Positions 44,699 to 52,933 of a DNA stretch of 64,000 nucleotides are shown here, in pieces; the first letter of the stretch is position 1; each line of letters begins with the position of its first letter. This DNA is from a candidate division WWE3 bacterium RIFCSPHIGHO2_01_FULL_42_13. Lineage in GTDB: Bacteria; Patescibacteriota; WWE3; UBA101185; UBA10185. The DNA is taken from the NCBI GenBank assembly GCA_001772625.1, contig MEVA01000006.1:27839-91838 (forward strand). Reading direction: 5' to 3'. A program made the position numbers and the translations under genes. The notes under the pieces are model-generated. The model was not told the DNA's origin. It made no database searches and saw only the letters and a program-made list of their open reading frames with translations.

Positions 44699-45496
44699 AT
44701 GAACTTAAACACAAATATCAACACAAATATAGACACACAAAAGCTTAAAAATACTCTTCTTAACTTTTTGGTACCAATTATTGCCTTGGTGCTCATGCTG
44801 GTTTTGGTTCTAACAGTTTTAGTTCCGGCCATCAGCGGGATTCCCCGCCTTCAGGACCAACTTGGAACTAAAAGCAGGCTTGAAACCCAACTTAGAGATA
44901 AATTGTCCGCGCTAAATAAATTAGTAGATTTTCAAACAATTGTGGATGCTGATGAGGAAGTGGTTTCAAGGATTTTAGCCTCCGAAGCCAAAGTGCCGGA
45001 GCTTTTGACCCAAGTTGATTTAATAGCGAGGGAATCAGGCTTAAATGTTGATAGGCTAAGTTACTCTTTAGGTGAGGCTACTGAAGAAGAAGTGGCGCTT
45101 CCCTACAGTGTTGTAAATGTAAGTTTGGGTGCAACAGGAAGTTACGATCAAATAACCGGATTTTTAGCCAATTTGGAAAACGCCGCGCGCTTAATAAATG
45201 TAAGCACTTTTAGGTTTGCAACAGAATCTGGCGAAGAGTCTGCCGGCCTTTTTAGCATCACACTTGTTCTGCAGTCGCCGTACCTTCAAGTGGAGTCAAA
45301 CGCAGTGACAGACGATCCTATTAATGTTGATGTTGGAGACCCTGACTTTGAGGCTTTTATAAATAAGCTTAATTCCTTGCGCTTTTACGATATAACCGCC
45401 GACACCCAGTTTGTGGAGTTAGAAGAGTCTACACCTGAGGAAATTGAGGAAAGTGTTGAAGAAGAACAACCTACGGACGAAACTCCCGCCCAATAA
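44699..45496 (+). CDS. PilO-like pilus assembly protein
   Basis: TM helix, then a coiled coil (QLGTKSRLETQLRDKLSALNKL). Position after pilN. Acidic C-terminal tail. Confidence 0.5.
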   Translation: MNLNTNINTNIDTQKLKNTLLNFLVPIIALVLMLVLVLTVLVPAISGIPRLQDQLGTKSRLETQLRDKLSALNKLVDFQTIVDADEEVVSRILASEAKVPELLTQVDLIARESGLNVDRLSYSLGEATEEEVALPYSVVNVSLGATGSYDQITGFLANLENAARLINVSTFRFATESGEESAGLFSITLVLQSPYLQVESNAVTDDPINVDVGDPDFEAFINKLNSLRFYDITADTQFVELEESTPEEIEESVEEEQPTDETPAQ

Positions 45497-45567
45497 CAGT
45501 AAAAATGAAGATGAGGTACCTACAAATTCTGTAAGCACCTCATTCTCAGCTAAGCTTTTAGCTACGT

Positions 45568-46641
45568 TTAAAAATGTAGGCTTCGAGTTCCCCCTTTAAC
45601 TACATTAATCTGTTTCGCGTCTAGCATTTTCATGAACACCTGATCGTCGGCAGTGAATTCAGCAATAGTATTTCCATACCGACTGCAGGCTACAATGACG
45701 CCTTCCCCCCTACGCCCTGGGATTCCGAACGTATCAAAAGTCTCCCATGTTCCCTTGCGTGGGTCGTGTCGAGAGAATTCAAAAACTGCTTGCAGTTCCC
45801 ACGCTGGCTTCTCGTTGATGAAGGCGGAAAATTTACCACCGCCGCGACTCCGCAAGATTCTGGGGTCATTGAGATGCTGCGATTCCGCTTCCACAGGTAT
45901 CAACCTTAACCTACTGACATCGTTATCACGAAAGGTGTGTATTTCGTTAGTCCCAAGTAATACAGCGAGTATGGTTTGGTCATCGATGAGGATCGCATCC
46001 TCCTGCCTGTTGTACGCCCCGATTGTTTCGTAACGCTCGTTTGCGTATTTTTCATACCCCTTTGCCGTCATCTTAAAGACAGTACCTAGTGTAAAAATCT
46101 GTTGCCACCGGGCTACCATCAGGGCTGTGTACTTGCCGTGCTCCTCTTCCATCCGCTTCTTCATCAAACGCTGGTCAAGCGGATCGAGTCCAGCTTTTTT
46201 CGCAAACTCTAACTTTGCAACTTGGATGGCTTGGCGAATTGAGGATAAGTCCTTATCCACATCTCCCTCAAGCCTACCATCTGCCGCATCGTGATTGATC
46301 ATATAGATCATGCCCCCAAGGCCGTATACTTCGTCGGCGATCTCAGGAAGCGACATGCCTTTGACCTCTTCGGCCAGTTGCGTAAGCGCCTTAAAGCGAT
46401 CATCACCTGAACCTAGTTGCTCCCAGGCCCAATATCGGCCGCCTGGAGCTACCAAGATCCTCCTTGTTTCGTCGATCTTTGCGTACACCGTAAGGTTTAG
46501 TGGTAAGTTAATTTGATGGCCACTTCCTTCAGGTATCCACCCGTCCTCGGACAGCAAATAGTATGCTGCCGTAGGGTTTCCTTCAGCTACAAGTTGCTTA
46601 ACCCGCTGCTGAAGGCTCTTGCTTTGTCGTTTGCGAGCCAT
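45568..46641 (-). CDS. Hypothetical protein (357 aa), G+C-rich orphan
   Basis: Long ORF with an AAAGGAG SD and TATAAT upstream. No family recognised. Confidence 0.55.
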   Translation of the reverse strand: MARKRQSKSLQQRVKQLVAEGNPTAAYYLLSEDGWIPEGSGHQINLPLNLTVYAKIDETRRILVAPGGRYWAWEQLGSGDDRFKALTQLAEEVKGMSLPEIADEVYGLGGMIYMINHDAADGRLEGDVDKDLSSIRQAIQVAKLEFAKKAGLDPLDQRLMKKRMEEEHGKYTALMVARWQQIFTLGTVFKMTAKGYEKYANERYETIGAYNRQEDAILIDDQTILAVLLGTNEIHTFRDNDVSRLRLIPVEAESQHLNDPRILRSRGGGKFSAFINEKPAWELQAVFEFSRHDPRKGTWETFDTFGIPGRRGEGVIVACSRYGNTIAEFTADDQVFMKMLDAKQINVVKGGTRSLHF

Positions 46642-46727
46642 CGCAAACTCCTTTCTACCTACTAGCTTGAGAGGAATTTTCCCAACGCATTTCGATTATA
46701 GTTAAGCAACTTATAATAGTCCAGAGT

Positions 46728-47390
46728 CTATGGGTTTATTGGTTTACTTTTCTCTTTTCGCCACTTTTCTATTTCCGCGTGATTTCCGGATAATAATACT
46801 TCAGGCACTTTCATTCCCCTATATTCTTCAGGGCGCGTGTACTGCGGGTATTCAACAAAGTTACTTTCAAAAGATTCTATTTCCGAAGCGCCCGCCTTTT
46901 CTAAAATTCCAGGCATTACCCGCGTAACGCTTTCCAAAATTACCATAATTGGAACCTCGCCGCCCGACAAAACGTAGTCCCCTATTGAAATAGCTTCATC
47001 CGCCAGCCCCTCCTCAATTCGGGCGTCAAAGCCCTCATAGCGGCCGGAGATGAGTATTAGCTGCTCAAGCTGGGAATATTCGCGGACTTTCTTTTGGGTG
47101 TATTTTTGGCCTGCGGGTGAAAGAAGCACCACTCTACTTTTTGATTTGTCCTGTGAGACTCGCTTTATACTCTCGACGGTGTCAAACACTGGTTCAGGGC
47201 GTAGAACCATTCCAGGTCCGCCGCCGTATGGTTTGTCGTCAACACTTCCACGTTCATCAACCGCAAAATCACGGATGTTGTGGAAATTTATTTTAATGGC
47301 ACCAATTTCCAAACCCTTTTTTAAGGGTAAGTGTTTTAGATGCTGCTCAAAAAGTTCGGGAAATAGTGTTACTACCTCGAAACTTAACAT
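46728..47390 (-). CDS. trmD: tRNA (guanine37-N1)-methyltransferase
   Basis: FEVVTLFPELFE...DDKPYGGGPGMVL...LSGNHAEIEKWR. Confidence 0.95.
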   Translation of the reverse strand: MLSFEVVTLFPELFEQHLKHLPLKKGLEIGAIKINFHNIRDFAVDERGSVDDKPYGGGPGMVLRPEPVFDTVESIKRVSQDKSKSRVVLLSPAGQKYTQKKVREYSQLEQLILISGRYEGFDARIEEGLADEAISIGDYVLSGGEVPIMVILESVTRVMPGILEKAGASEIESFESNFVEYPQYTRPEEYRGMKVPEVLLSGNHAEIEKWRKEKSKPINP

Positions 47391-47393
47391 GGG

Positions 47394-47762
47394 TTATTCA
47401 GCGATTTCGGTTTCGGTGGCTTCAGACTCACCGGTCTCGGTGGTTTCGGGTTCAACGGTGGTTTCGCCCGTAGCAGCGGTCTCGGCAGGTCGTGGCCTTC
47501 TGGTGCCGTCCGGTTCAAGAAGTTCAACATTTATCATCACACCCTCTTTTATAGCTTTAGACTTGGCGAGTGATCTGATACTTCGAATAATTCTTCCCTC
47601 TTTACCAATTACCAATCCCATATCGTCAGGATTTACCGTGATTTGGTAGTTGTATGTGTTTCCTTCCAAAACCTCGTTAACTTTAACATCACCGGGATTT
47701 TTGACGATGTTAGTAAGTAAGTAGTTTAGAAATTCTTGCATTCGTTCTTGTCCTTCTGCCAA
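47394..47762 (-). CDS. KH-domain RNA-binding protein (YlqC/UPF0109-like) with an acidic Thr/Glu-rich tail
   Basis: VIGKEGRIIRSIRSL KH motif. Conserved position between rpsP and trmD. Confidence 0.8.
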   Translation of the reverse strand: MAEGQERMQEFLNYLLTNIVKNPGDVKVNEVLEGNTYNYQITVNPDDMGLVIGKEGRIIRSIRSLAKSKAIKEGVMINVELLEPDGTRRPRPAETAATGETTVEPETTETGESEATETEIAE

Positions 47763-47767
47763 ACTTT

Positions 47768-48139
47768 TTACTCTTTTGCTGACTCTGGCTCTGGCGAACT
47801 GGCAGTTTCGCTAGCAGGTTCCTCTGGTGCAGATGGTACAGTTGGAGCTGGTGTGGCTGCTGTAGCAGCTTCGCCCTCGTTTTGTCTTGTGTAAGGAGTA
47901 AATTCGTATTTACCTTCCACAAGCTGTTCAACGGCCGAAGTAACCATCGCGCCTTTTCCCTTCCACTCTTCGTACTTCTTCTTATCTATCTCTAATAATA
48001 CAGGATTATTTGACGGATTATAATGTCCCAGGATATCTAAAAATTTCCCGTTTCTTTTATCGCGGGTATTTGAAACAACGACCTTAAAAGCCGGTGAGTT
48101 TGTTTTTCCAATTTGTGCAAGTCTTATTGTTACTGACAT
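47768..48139 (-). CDS. rpsP: 30S ribosomal protein S16 (with an Ala/Pro/Glu-rich C-terminal extension)
   Basis: MSVTIRLAQIGKTNSPAFKVVVSNTRDKRNGKFLDILGHYNP. Confidence 0.95.
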   Translation of the reverse strand: MSVTIRLAQIGKTNSPAFKVVVSNTRDKRNGKFLDILGHYNPSNNPVLLEIDKKKYEEWKGKGAMVTSAVEQLVEGKYEFTPYTRQNEGEAATAATPAPTVPSAPEEPASETASSPEPESAKE

Positions 48140-48159
48140 GTTTGTACCGGCGAATTGTA

Positions 48160-48870
48160 TCAGAGCCCGTTTAGCTTGTCTAACGCCTGTACGGCGGCAT
48201 TTTGCTCGGCCCTTTGCTTACTGGCACCTTCCCCTTCGCCATAAAGTTCGTCGTTTAAGTACACCCCTACCCTAAAAGTTTTATTATGATCCTCTCCCCA
48301 CGAATCTATAACCTTATAAGCTGGAGTTACATCAAGTTTTTCTTGTGCCGCTTCCTGCAATTTTGATTTTGAATCCTGATAAAGTTTTTTTTCAACAACC
48401 TGCGGGATTTTATAAAAAAGTTCTTTTGTAACAAAAGCCTGGCAAAACTCTAAGCCTTCGTGAAGATACAAAGCGCCTAAAACCGCCTCAAAAGTATTGG
48501 CTAAAATATATTCACGGTCTCTACCCCCTGTTGCCTCCTCACCCTTAGAAAGCAGCAAAAGCTCACCGTAGCCAAGTCTTTTGGCCTCTTTAGCTAAAGA
48601 CACGGTGTTAACAACTGCTGAGCGGTAGTTGGTTAAATAGCCTTCAGGTTCGTCGGGAAAGGTTTTGTAAAGATACTCCGAAGATAAATGCTGCAAAATT
48701 GCGTCCCCTAAAAATTCAAGCCTTTCGTTTGATTTATTTTCATATTCCGGGTGTTCGTTAAGATATGACCTGTGTGTAAAAGCCGTCTCAAATAACTTCT
48801 CGTCTTTGATTGTAATTCCCAGTACCTCTTGTGTTTTTTTCGCGTCAAAACCTGTTGCCATAGTGTGCAT
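48160..48870 (-). CDS. rnc: Ribonuclease III
   Basis: NERLEFLGDAIL signature and a C-terminal dsRBD. Confidence 0.95.
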   Translation of the reverse strand: MHTMATGFDAKKTQEVLGITIKDEKLFETAFTHRSYLNEHPEYENKSNERLEFLGDAILQHLSSEYLYKTFPDEPEGYLTNYRSAVVNTVSLAKEAKRLGYGELLLLSKGEEATGGRDREYILANTFEAVLGALYLHEGLEFCQAFVTKELFYKIPQVVEKKLYQDSKSKLQEAAQEKLDVTPAYKVIDSWGEDHNKTFRVGVYLNDELYGEGEGASKQRAEQNAAVQALDKLNGL

Positions 48871-49107
48871 CTATTCTAGCTTTTCGTTTAACGCGCCTGC
48901 AAGGTCGCCAAAAGTTTCGAAGTTTTCTTCACTCTCCGAAAGGTCAACATCAAGCTTTTCCTCAATTTCGGTTAAGATCTCGTGAAGCTCAATACCGCCT
49001 ATGTTTAAATCGTCTTCAAAGTAAGACTCGTCGTGAATCTCTTCCACCTCAAGACCTGCCATCTTGGATATTATTTCTTTTGCTGTTTTTATATAGTTAG
49101 TGCTCAT
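48871..49107 (-). CDS. Acyl carrier protein-like protein lacking the conserved Ser
   Basis: Colinear with ACP (IISKMAGLEVEEIHDESYFEDDLNIGGIELHEILTEIEEKL). The DSL motif position reads GGI. Abuts the rnc start with no intergenic gap. Confidence 0.6.
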   Translation of the reverse strand: MSTNYIKTAKEIISKMAGLEVEEIHDESYFEDDLNIGGIELHEILTEIEEKLDVDLSESEENFETFGDLAGALNEKLE

Positions 49108-49559
49108 GCTACTTTTTCTACTTCTTTGGGTAACTCTGTTTTCCCCTCTTCGAACTCCTCAACAAGGCTTCCCAAAACCCCGTTTACGAATTTGCTTGAA
49201 GTTTCATTCCCAAACTCTTTTGCAAGTTCCACCGCTTCGTCAATTGCAATCTTTTTAGGAAGCTCGCCAAAAACAATTTCATAAATTGCCACCCGCAGTA
49301 TTACTAAATCAACCTTGGCTATTTTGTCAATAGGCCATTCCGGCGCGTGCTTTGTAATTAGTTCGTCAATTTCTTTTCGGTGCTTGCGAACGCCTTCAGA
49401 AAGCTTATTTGTAAGCTCAAGATCGGCATTATTAACTTCGAGAAGATCTTTGGAAAGGTCTAAGCAGCCTTGCGGGTCTTGTTCAGAAAAAATCCAACAG
49501 AAGACTGAGGTAAGGGCAAGTTTTCGGGCGTTGTGTCTTGGATCGCTTTTTGACTTCAT
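49104..49559 (-). CDS. nusB: Transcription antitermination factor NusB
   Basis: RHNARKLALTSVF...AIDEAVELAKEFGNETSSKFVNGVLG. Confidence 0.9.
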   Translation of the reverse strand: MKSKSDPRHNARKLALTSVFCWIFSEQDPQGCLDLSKDLLEVNNADLELTNKLSEGVRKHRKEIDELITKHAPEWPIDKIAKVDLVILRVAIYEIVFGELPKKIAIDEAVELAKEFGNETSSKFVNGVLGSLVEEFEEGKTELPKEVEKVA

Positions 49560-49583
49560 TTTGTTGTCAATTGTCTCTGGTCT

Positions 49584-49733
49584 CTAATTTCCGCATTCAG
49601 CGCAAACGGTGTGTGGGCGCTTTTGAGCCCCGCACTTAGGGCATTTTATGGTCTGAACCACCGCTCTAAAGTAGTGGCTGTTTCTTTTGATCCTAACCCT
49701 TGATTTGCTATGTTTTCTCTTTGGTACTGGCAT
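49584..49733 (-). CDS. rpmF: 50S ribosomal protein L32 (49 aa), absent from the ORF track
   Basis: Hand translation gives MPVPKRKHSKSRVRIKRNSHYFRAVVQTIKCPKCGAQKRPHTVCAECGN*. This has the L32 N-terminal signature and a zinc ribbon. Confidence 0.85.
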   Translation of the reverse strand: MPVPKRKHSKSRVRIKRNSHYFRAVVQTIKCPKCGAQKRPHTVCAECGN

Positions 49734-49753
49734 TTGTGTTTCCTGACCTGTGC

Positions 49754-49782
49754 AATATATATTTTGATGCGGAATTTGTCAA
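49754..49782 (-). promoter_or_regulatory. Sigma70-type promoter TTGACA-17 nt-TATATT upstream of rpmF
   Basis: Minus-strand TTGACA (49777-49782), a 17-nt spacer, then TATATT (49754-49759). Confidence 0.5.
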
Positions 49783-49791
49783 CGAAACGAC

Positions 49792-50352
49792 TTAGCTCTT
49801 TTTCTGAAGTACTGTTACCATTGCCCCACCGTACCTTTTTTCATCGTGCACGCGAAGCCTCGAAGTATTAGCCAATATCTCTTTAACGTCAGTTTCACTC
49901 CCGTGACAAAAGATTACAACTCCGTGAGGATTTAAGATTTTTTCAAGATTTTCAAAAAGAAATTTAAAGTGAGTCTCTTTATAAAACGGATCTACAAACA
50001 CAATGTCGTAATTTCTATCTTCGGCCATTGCGTCTTTGGTAAACTTTACTGCGTCCTGGCCGCGAATCTCGGCCTTGTCTAAAAAGCCGGTTTGCTTAAG
50101 GTTTTCGAAAATCGCCTCTTCAGCAACTCTATCGGTGTCAACAAAGTCGCAGTATGCCGCTCCCCTGCTTAAGGCTTCAATGCCTAGATTTCCGCTTCCT
50201 GCGAACAAGTCCAAACAAACTGCCCCAACAACTTTATTTCCGAGAATCGAAAAAACCGCAAGTTTTGCCACTTCCTGAACTGCCCTAAATTCCGGAATTT
50301 CCGGTGAGATTAACTTTTTGCCTTTTGCCGTTCCGCTGGTGATTCGAAGCAT
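49792..50352 (-). CDS. rsmD: 16S rRNA (guanine966-N2)-methyltransferase RsmD
   Basis: RITSGTAKGKKL...LDLFAGSGNLGIEALSRGA...VFVDPFY. TGCTAAAAT sits 6 nt upstream of the ATG. Confidence 0.9.
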   Translation of the reverse strand: MLRITSGTAKGKKLISPEIPEFRAVQEVAKLAVFSILGNKVVGAVCLDLFAGSGNLGIEALSRGAAYCDFVDTDRVAEEAIFENLKQTGFLDKAEIRGQDAVKFTKDAMAEDRNYDIVFVDPFYKETHFKFLFENLEKILNPHGVVIFCHGSETDVKEILANTSRLRVHDEKRYGGAMVTVLQKKS

Positions 50353-50381
50353 GGGGGTATTTTAGCAGTTAGACTAGTAGT

Positions 50382-51188
50382 TTAAAGCTCAAAACTAAGT
50401 GTTTGAATTACTTGCTCGGAAGCTTCTATCCAGCCATTTGCCGCGGCAGAAGCGCCTGCAAGAGTTTCCAAAGACCCAGTTGCCAGTCCAGCGTTCCCGT
50501 TGCAGGTATCGGCGAATTCATAAGTTAGGTGTTCTGGAGGCAGCTCCCCGAAAATCTGCTCTATATCCCCTTCGACTACAATAACAAATATCTTTTCGTT
50601 GCTGACAAATTCTACCCTTCTACTAAATTGTCTGTTGCATACCTCAAAAGCGCCAAAAGTTGTTGAAACCAGTGCAAAGCTTCCGTTATTTAAAATTTGT
50701 ATTTTCGCATCACCGCTCCACGCAGAAAATGGAGATGAGTAACGTTCTTCCAAAGTTTGGGATCCCTGTTCCAACTTTTCTTTGAGTTCAGCTAAGCTCT
50801 CTTTTGTTAAGCTATAGTATGACTTATTTGGGTCATATACATAAATAACTACTAGGTTCTCTCCACGGTGATCCCGACTCTCTTCTAGTGTAAAGACTGG
50901 GAAGGACTTTGGGTGTGTAAAGGTAAACTTTCCATCTGGTACTGTGCAAGTTTCCGTACCCAGGCCGTTGTTGCTGTTGCAGCTAAAGTTTGGTGTTATA
51001 TCTGCAGGCTCCGTGTAGAGGGTGTCAGTTTCGCTAACCATCTCGTTCAAAGTATTGCGTTCTGGAAAGGATACCAATCTATTTTTTTTAGGGCTAACAA
51101 GAAAATACCACCCTACCACTAAAACTAAAGAAATCACACCCAAAACGATAAGCAGAATGTGCGCAAAACCTTTGTCTTTGGCAGGCAT
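50382..51188 (-). CDS. Membrane-anchored hypothetical protein
   Basis: 268-aa ORF with an N-terminal TM helix. Confidence 0.5.
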   Translation of the reverse strand: MPAKDKGFAHILLIVLGVISLVLVVGWYFLVSPKKNRLVSFPERNTLNEMVSETDTLYTEPADITPNFSCNSNNGLGTETCTVPDGKFTFTHPKSFPVFTLEESRDHRGENLVVIYVYDPNKSYYSLTKESLAELKEKLEQGSQTLEERYSSPFSAWSGDAKIQILNNGSFALVSTTFGAFEVCNRQFSRRVEFVSNEKIFVIVVEGDIEQIFGELPPEHLTYEFADTCNGNAGLATGSLETLAGASAAANGWIEASEQVIQTLSFEL

Positions 51189-51227
51189 TGAATAATTCTG
51201 TCAGGCTAGAAGTATTAGGTCAAGATT

Positions 51228-52373
51228 GTGTATACTTTTGTAATGGAACCAGAGGTTGCCCCACAAGTTCAAGAGATAGATCCAATCCAATCCCAACCAG
51301 CCATTCCTCTACTGGATACTCCAATCACAGTTTCTACACCACCTGCCCCTAAGAATAAATCAAAGTTGATCATCATTATCGTTGGGATAGTTTTAGTTAT
51401 TGCAGTTTTGGCCTTTGTTGCAGTAAAAATTGCTTCTCCAAAGCCTAAAGAAGCAATAGGGATTAAAACAGAAGAATTTAACGAGTCAGCTTTTGGGAGC
51501 TTGACCGAACAAGGGCAGGGAGAGTACGAGATGTTTGTTGTGGACTCAGCATCAGAAACTGGTGGTCTTGCACCGGCCGGGGCAACCGATCTTACAAAAG
51601 AATACTACAGAAACACTAAAGCCAGTATAAAAGAGGCTCAAGAAGTAGAAAAAAGGGTGGGCCCAATAGTTGGAAGCATCCAAATTCCGGACGAAAGTAT
51701 TTTTATTCACACAGAAACATACAAAGGAATTACTATTAAGTGGACTGCGGGTCAGCCAATTTCGGCGCAGAGGCTACAGTGGTTAAAGGATGCAATCGAC
51801 GTTCTCCCGGAATATTTTTATAGGGATCACCCAGTTACAAACATTATTTCGGCAACCCGCGAGGAGCTTGGGTCACAAGTGTCGGAAGCTGCTCTGGCCG
51901 GCGCAATAGCTTATGCAAGTGGACTTAACATATTCCTGACCAAAATTTTTACGGAACAAAGCAATCAGTACGATGTGCAAAAGAAAGATGCTATATCCAC
52001 TCTTTTTCATGAGTGGACACATGTTGTTCAGGGTTACGAGGTACTTCAAACTTTCACCGAAGGGTACCTACAAGTTCCGGGAAATTTGATAGAAGCAATG
52101 CTGGTTTCTCCGTTTAACAAAAGCTACGCAAAAGCAGCTGGGTGGGTATTTCAATACGACGAGTTTGGAAGCAGTACGTATGCGATACTCGGAACGGACA
52201 GCGAGTCTCAAAAAAATTCTGAGTACGGAAAGATAAAGTATGTAGAGGATATGGCGGAGGCTTTTGCTAGTCTCATGACATGTAACAGCGGGGCCATTTC
52301 TAAAGCCAGAATTACCTGGATAGAAACAACTATTGGTAAAAGCGCATCTAGTTTTTGTCCGGCTAAGTTTTAA
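51228..52373 (+). CDS. Membrane-anchored hypothetical protein with an HExxH motif
   Basis: TM helix after a Pro-rich N-terminus. LFHEWTHVVQGYE suggests a metallopeptidase-like site. GTG start is uncertain (alternative ATG at 51243). Confidence 0.45.
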   Translation: MYTFVMEPEVAPQVQEIDPIQSQPAIPLLDTPITVSTPPAPKNKSKLIIIIVGIVLVIAVLAFVAVKIASPKPKEAIGIKTEEFNESAFGSLTEQGQGEYEMFVVDSASETGGLAPAGATDLTKEYYRNTKASIKEAQEVEKRVGPIVGSIQIPDESIFIHTETYKGITIKWTAGQPISAQRLQWLKDAIDVLPEYFYRDHPVTNIISATREELGSQVSEAALAGAIAYASGLNIFLTKIFTEQSNQYDVQKKDAISTLFHEWTHVVQGYEVLQTFTEGYLQVPGNLIEAMLVSPFNKSYAKAAGWVFQYDEFGSSTYAILGTDSESQKNSEYGKIKYVEDMAEAFASLMTCNSGAISKARITWIETTIGKSASSFCPAKF

Positions 52374-52857
52374 AATTTTTAAGTCGGCCTTTTCGGTTCT
52401 CTCGCACTATTTTATAGATAACTAAAGATGCAAGTCCTATAAACACGGGACCAAAGATAGCATTTGCTACGTACCAACCTTCAATTTCAAATGTTGTGTT
52501 TATCATGGCGTGGCGTGGGTTTTGGTGCTCATAAACCACAGGAACATTACCGCCAAGTTTGTATATGGGAAGATCTGTTCCATTTTTTGCCGTAAATTCA
52601 ACATATTCGCTACTTTCTTTCACGAAAAACCTTACTTTTGGTTTTGGAGCACTGTCCCCGCGCTGCACAAGTTCAATGATTGTGCCTGTGGTATGTTCGC
52701 CGTGTTTAACAAGCTGGAGCGTATTGTTAATGTTAAATAGCCCCCACACCAAAAAAATTATTCCGATGGGTAGAAAAAGATATACTAAGAGCAAGTCCGC
52801 AGACCTGCCTTTTAAGAGAGTAATGGGTTTTGTTAGCTGGATACTAAACAGGCGCAT
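52363..52857 (-). CDS. DUF3592-like membrane protein
   Basis: TM, then GEHTTGTIIELV...VRFFV...VPVVYEHQNP, then TM. This architecture is typical of DUF3592. Confidence 0.55.
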   Translation of the reverse strand: MRLFSIQLTKPITLLKGRSADLLLVYLFLPIGIIFLVWGLFNINNTLQLVKHGEHTTGTIIELVQRGDSAPKPKVRFFVKESSEYVEFTAKNGTDLPIYKLGGNVPVVYEHQNPRHAMINTTFEIEGWYVANAIFGPVFIGLASLVIYKIVRENRKGRLKNFKT

Positions 52858-52933
52858 TGTATTAATATTCTAACAAAAAGGGGCTTCAATACCTCCTACC
52901 TCAAGCCGTTGCCCTGTGCTACCATTTTATTAT

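Noticed and set aside
47050-47649. A 199-aa plus-strand ORF spanning the trmD / KH-protein junction.
   Set aside because: It is antisense to two well-supported conserved genes, crosses their intergenic junction, and has a low-complexity Ser-rich product.
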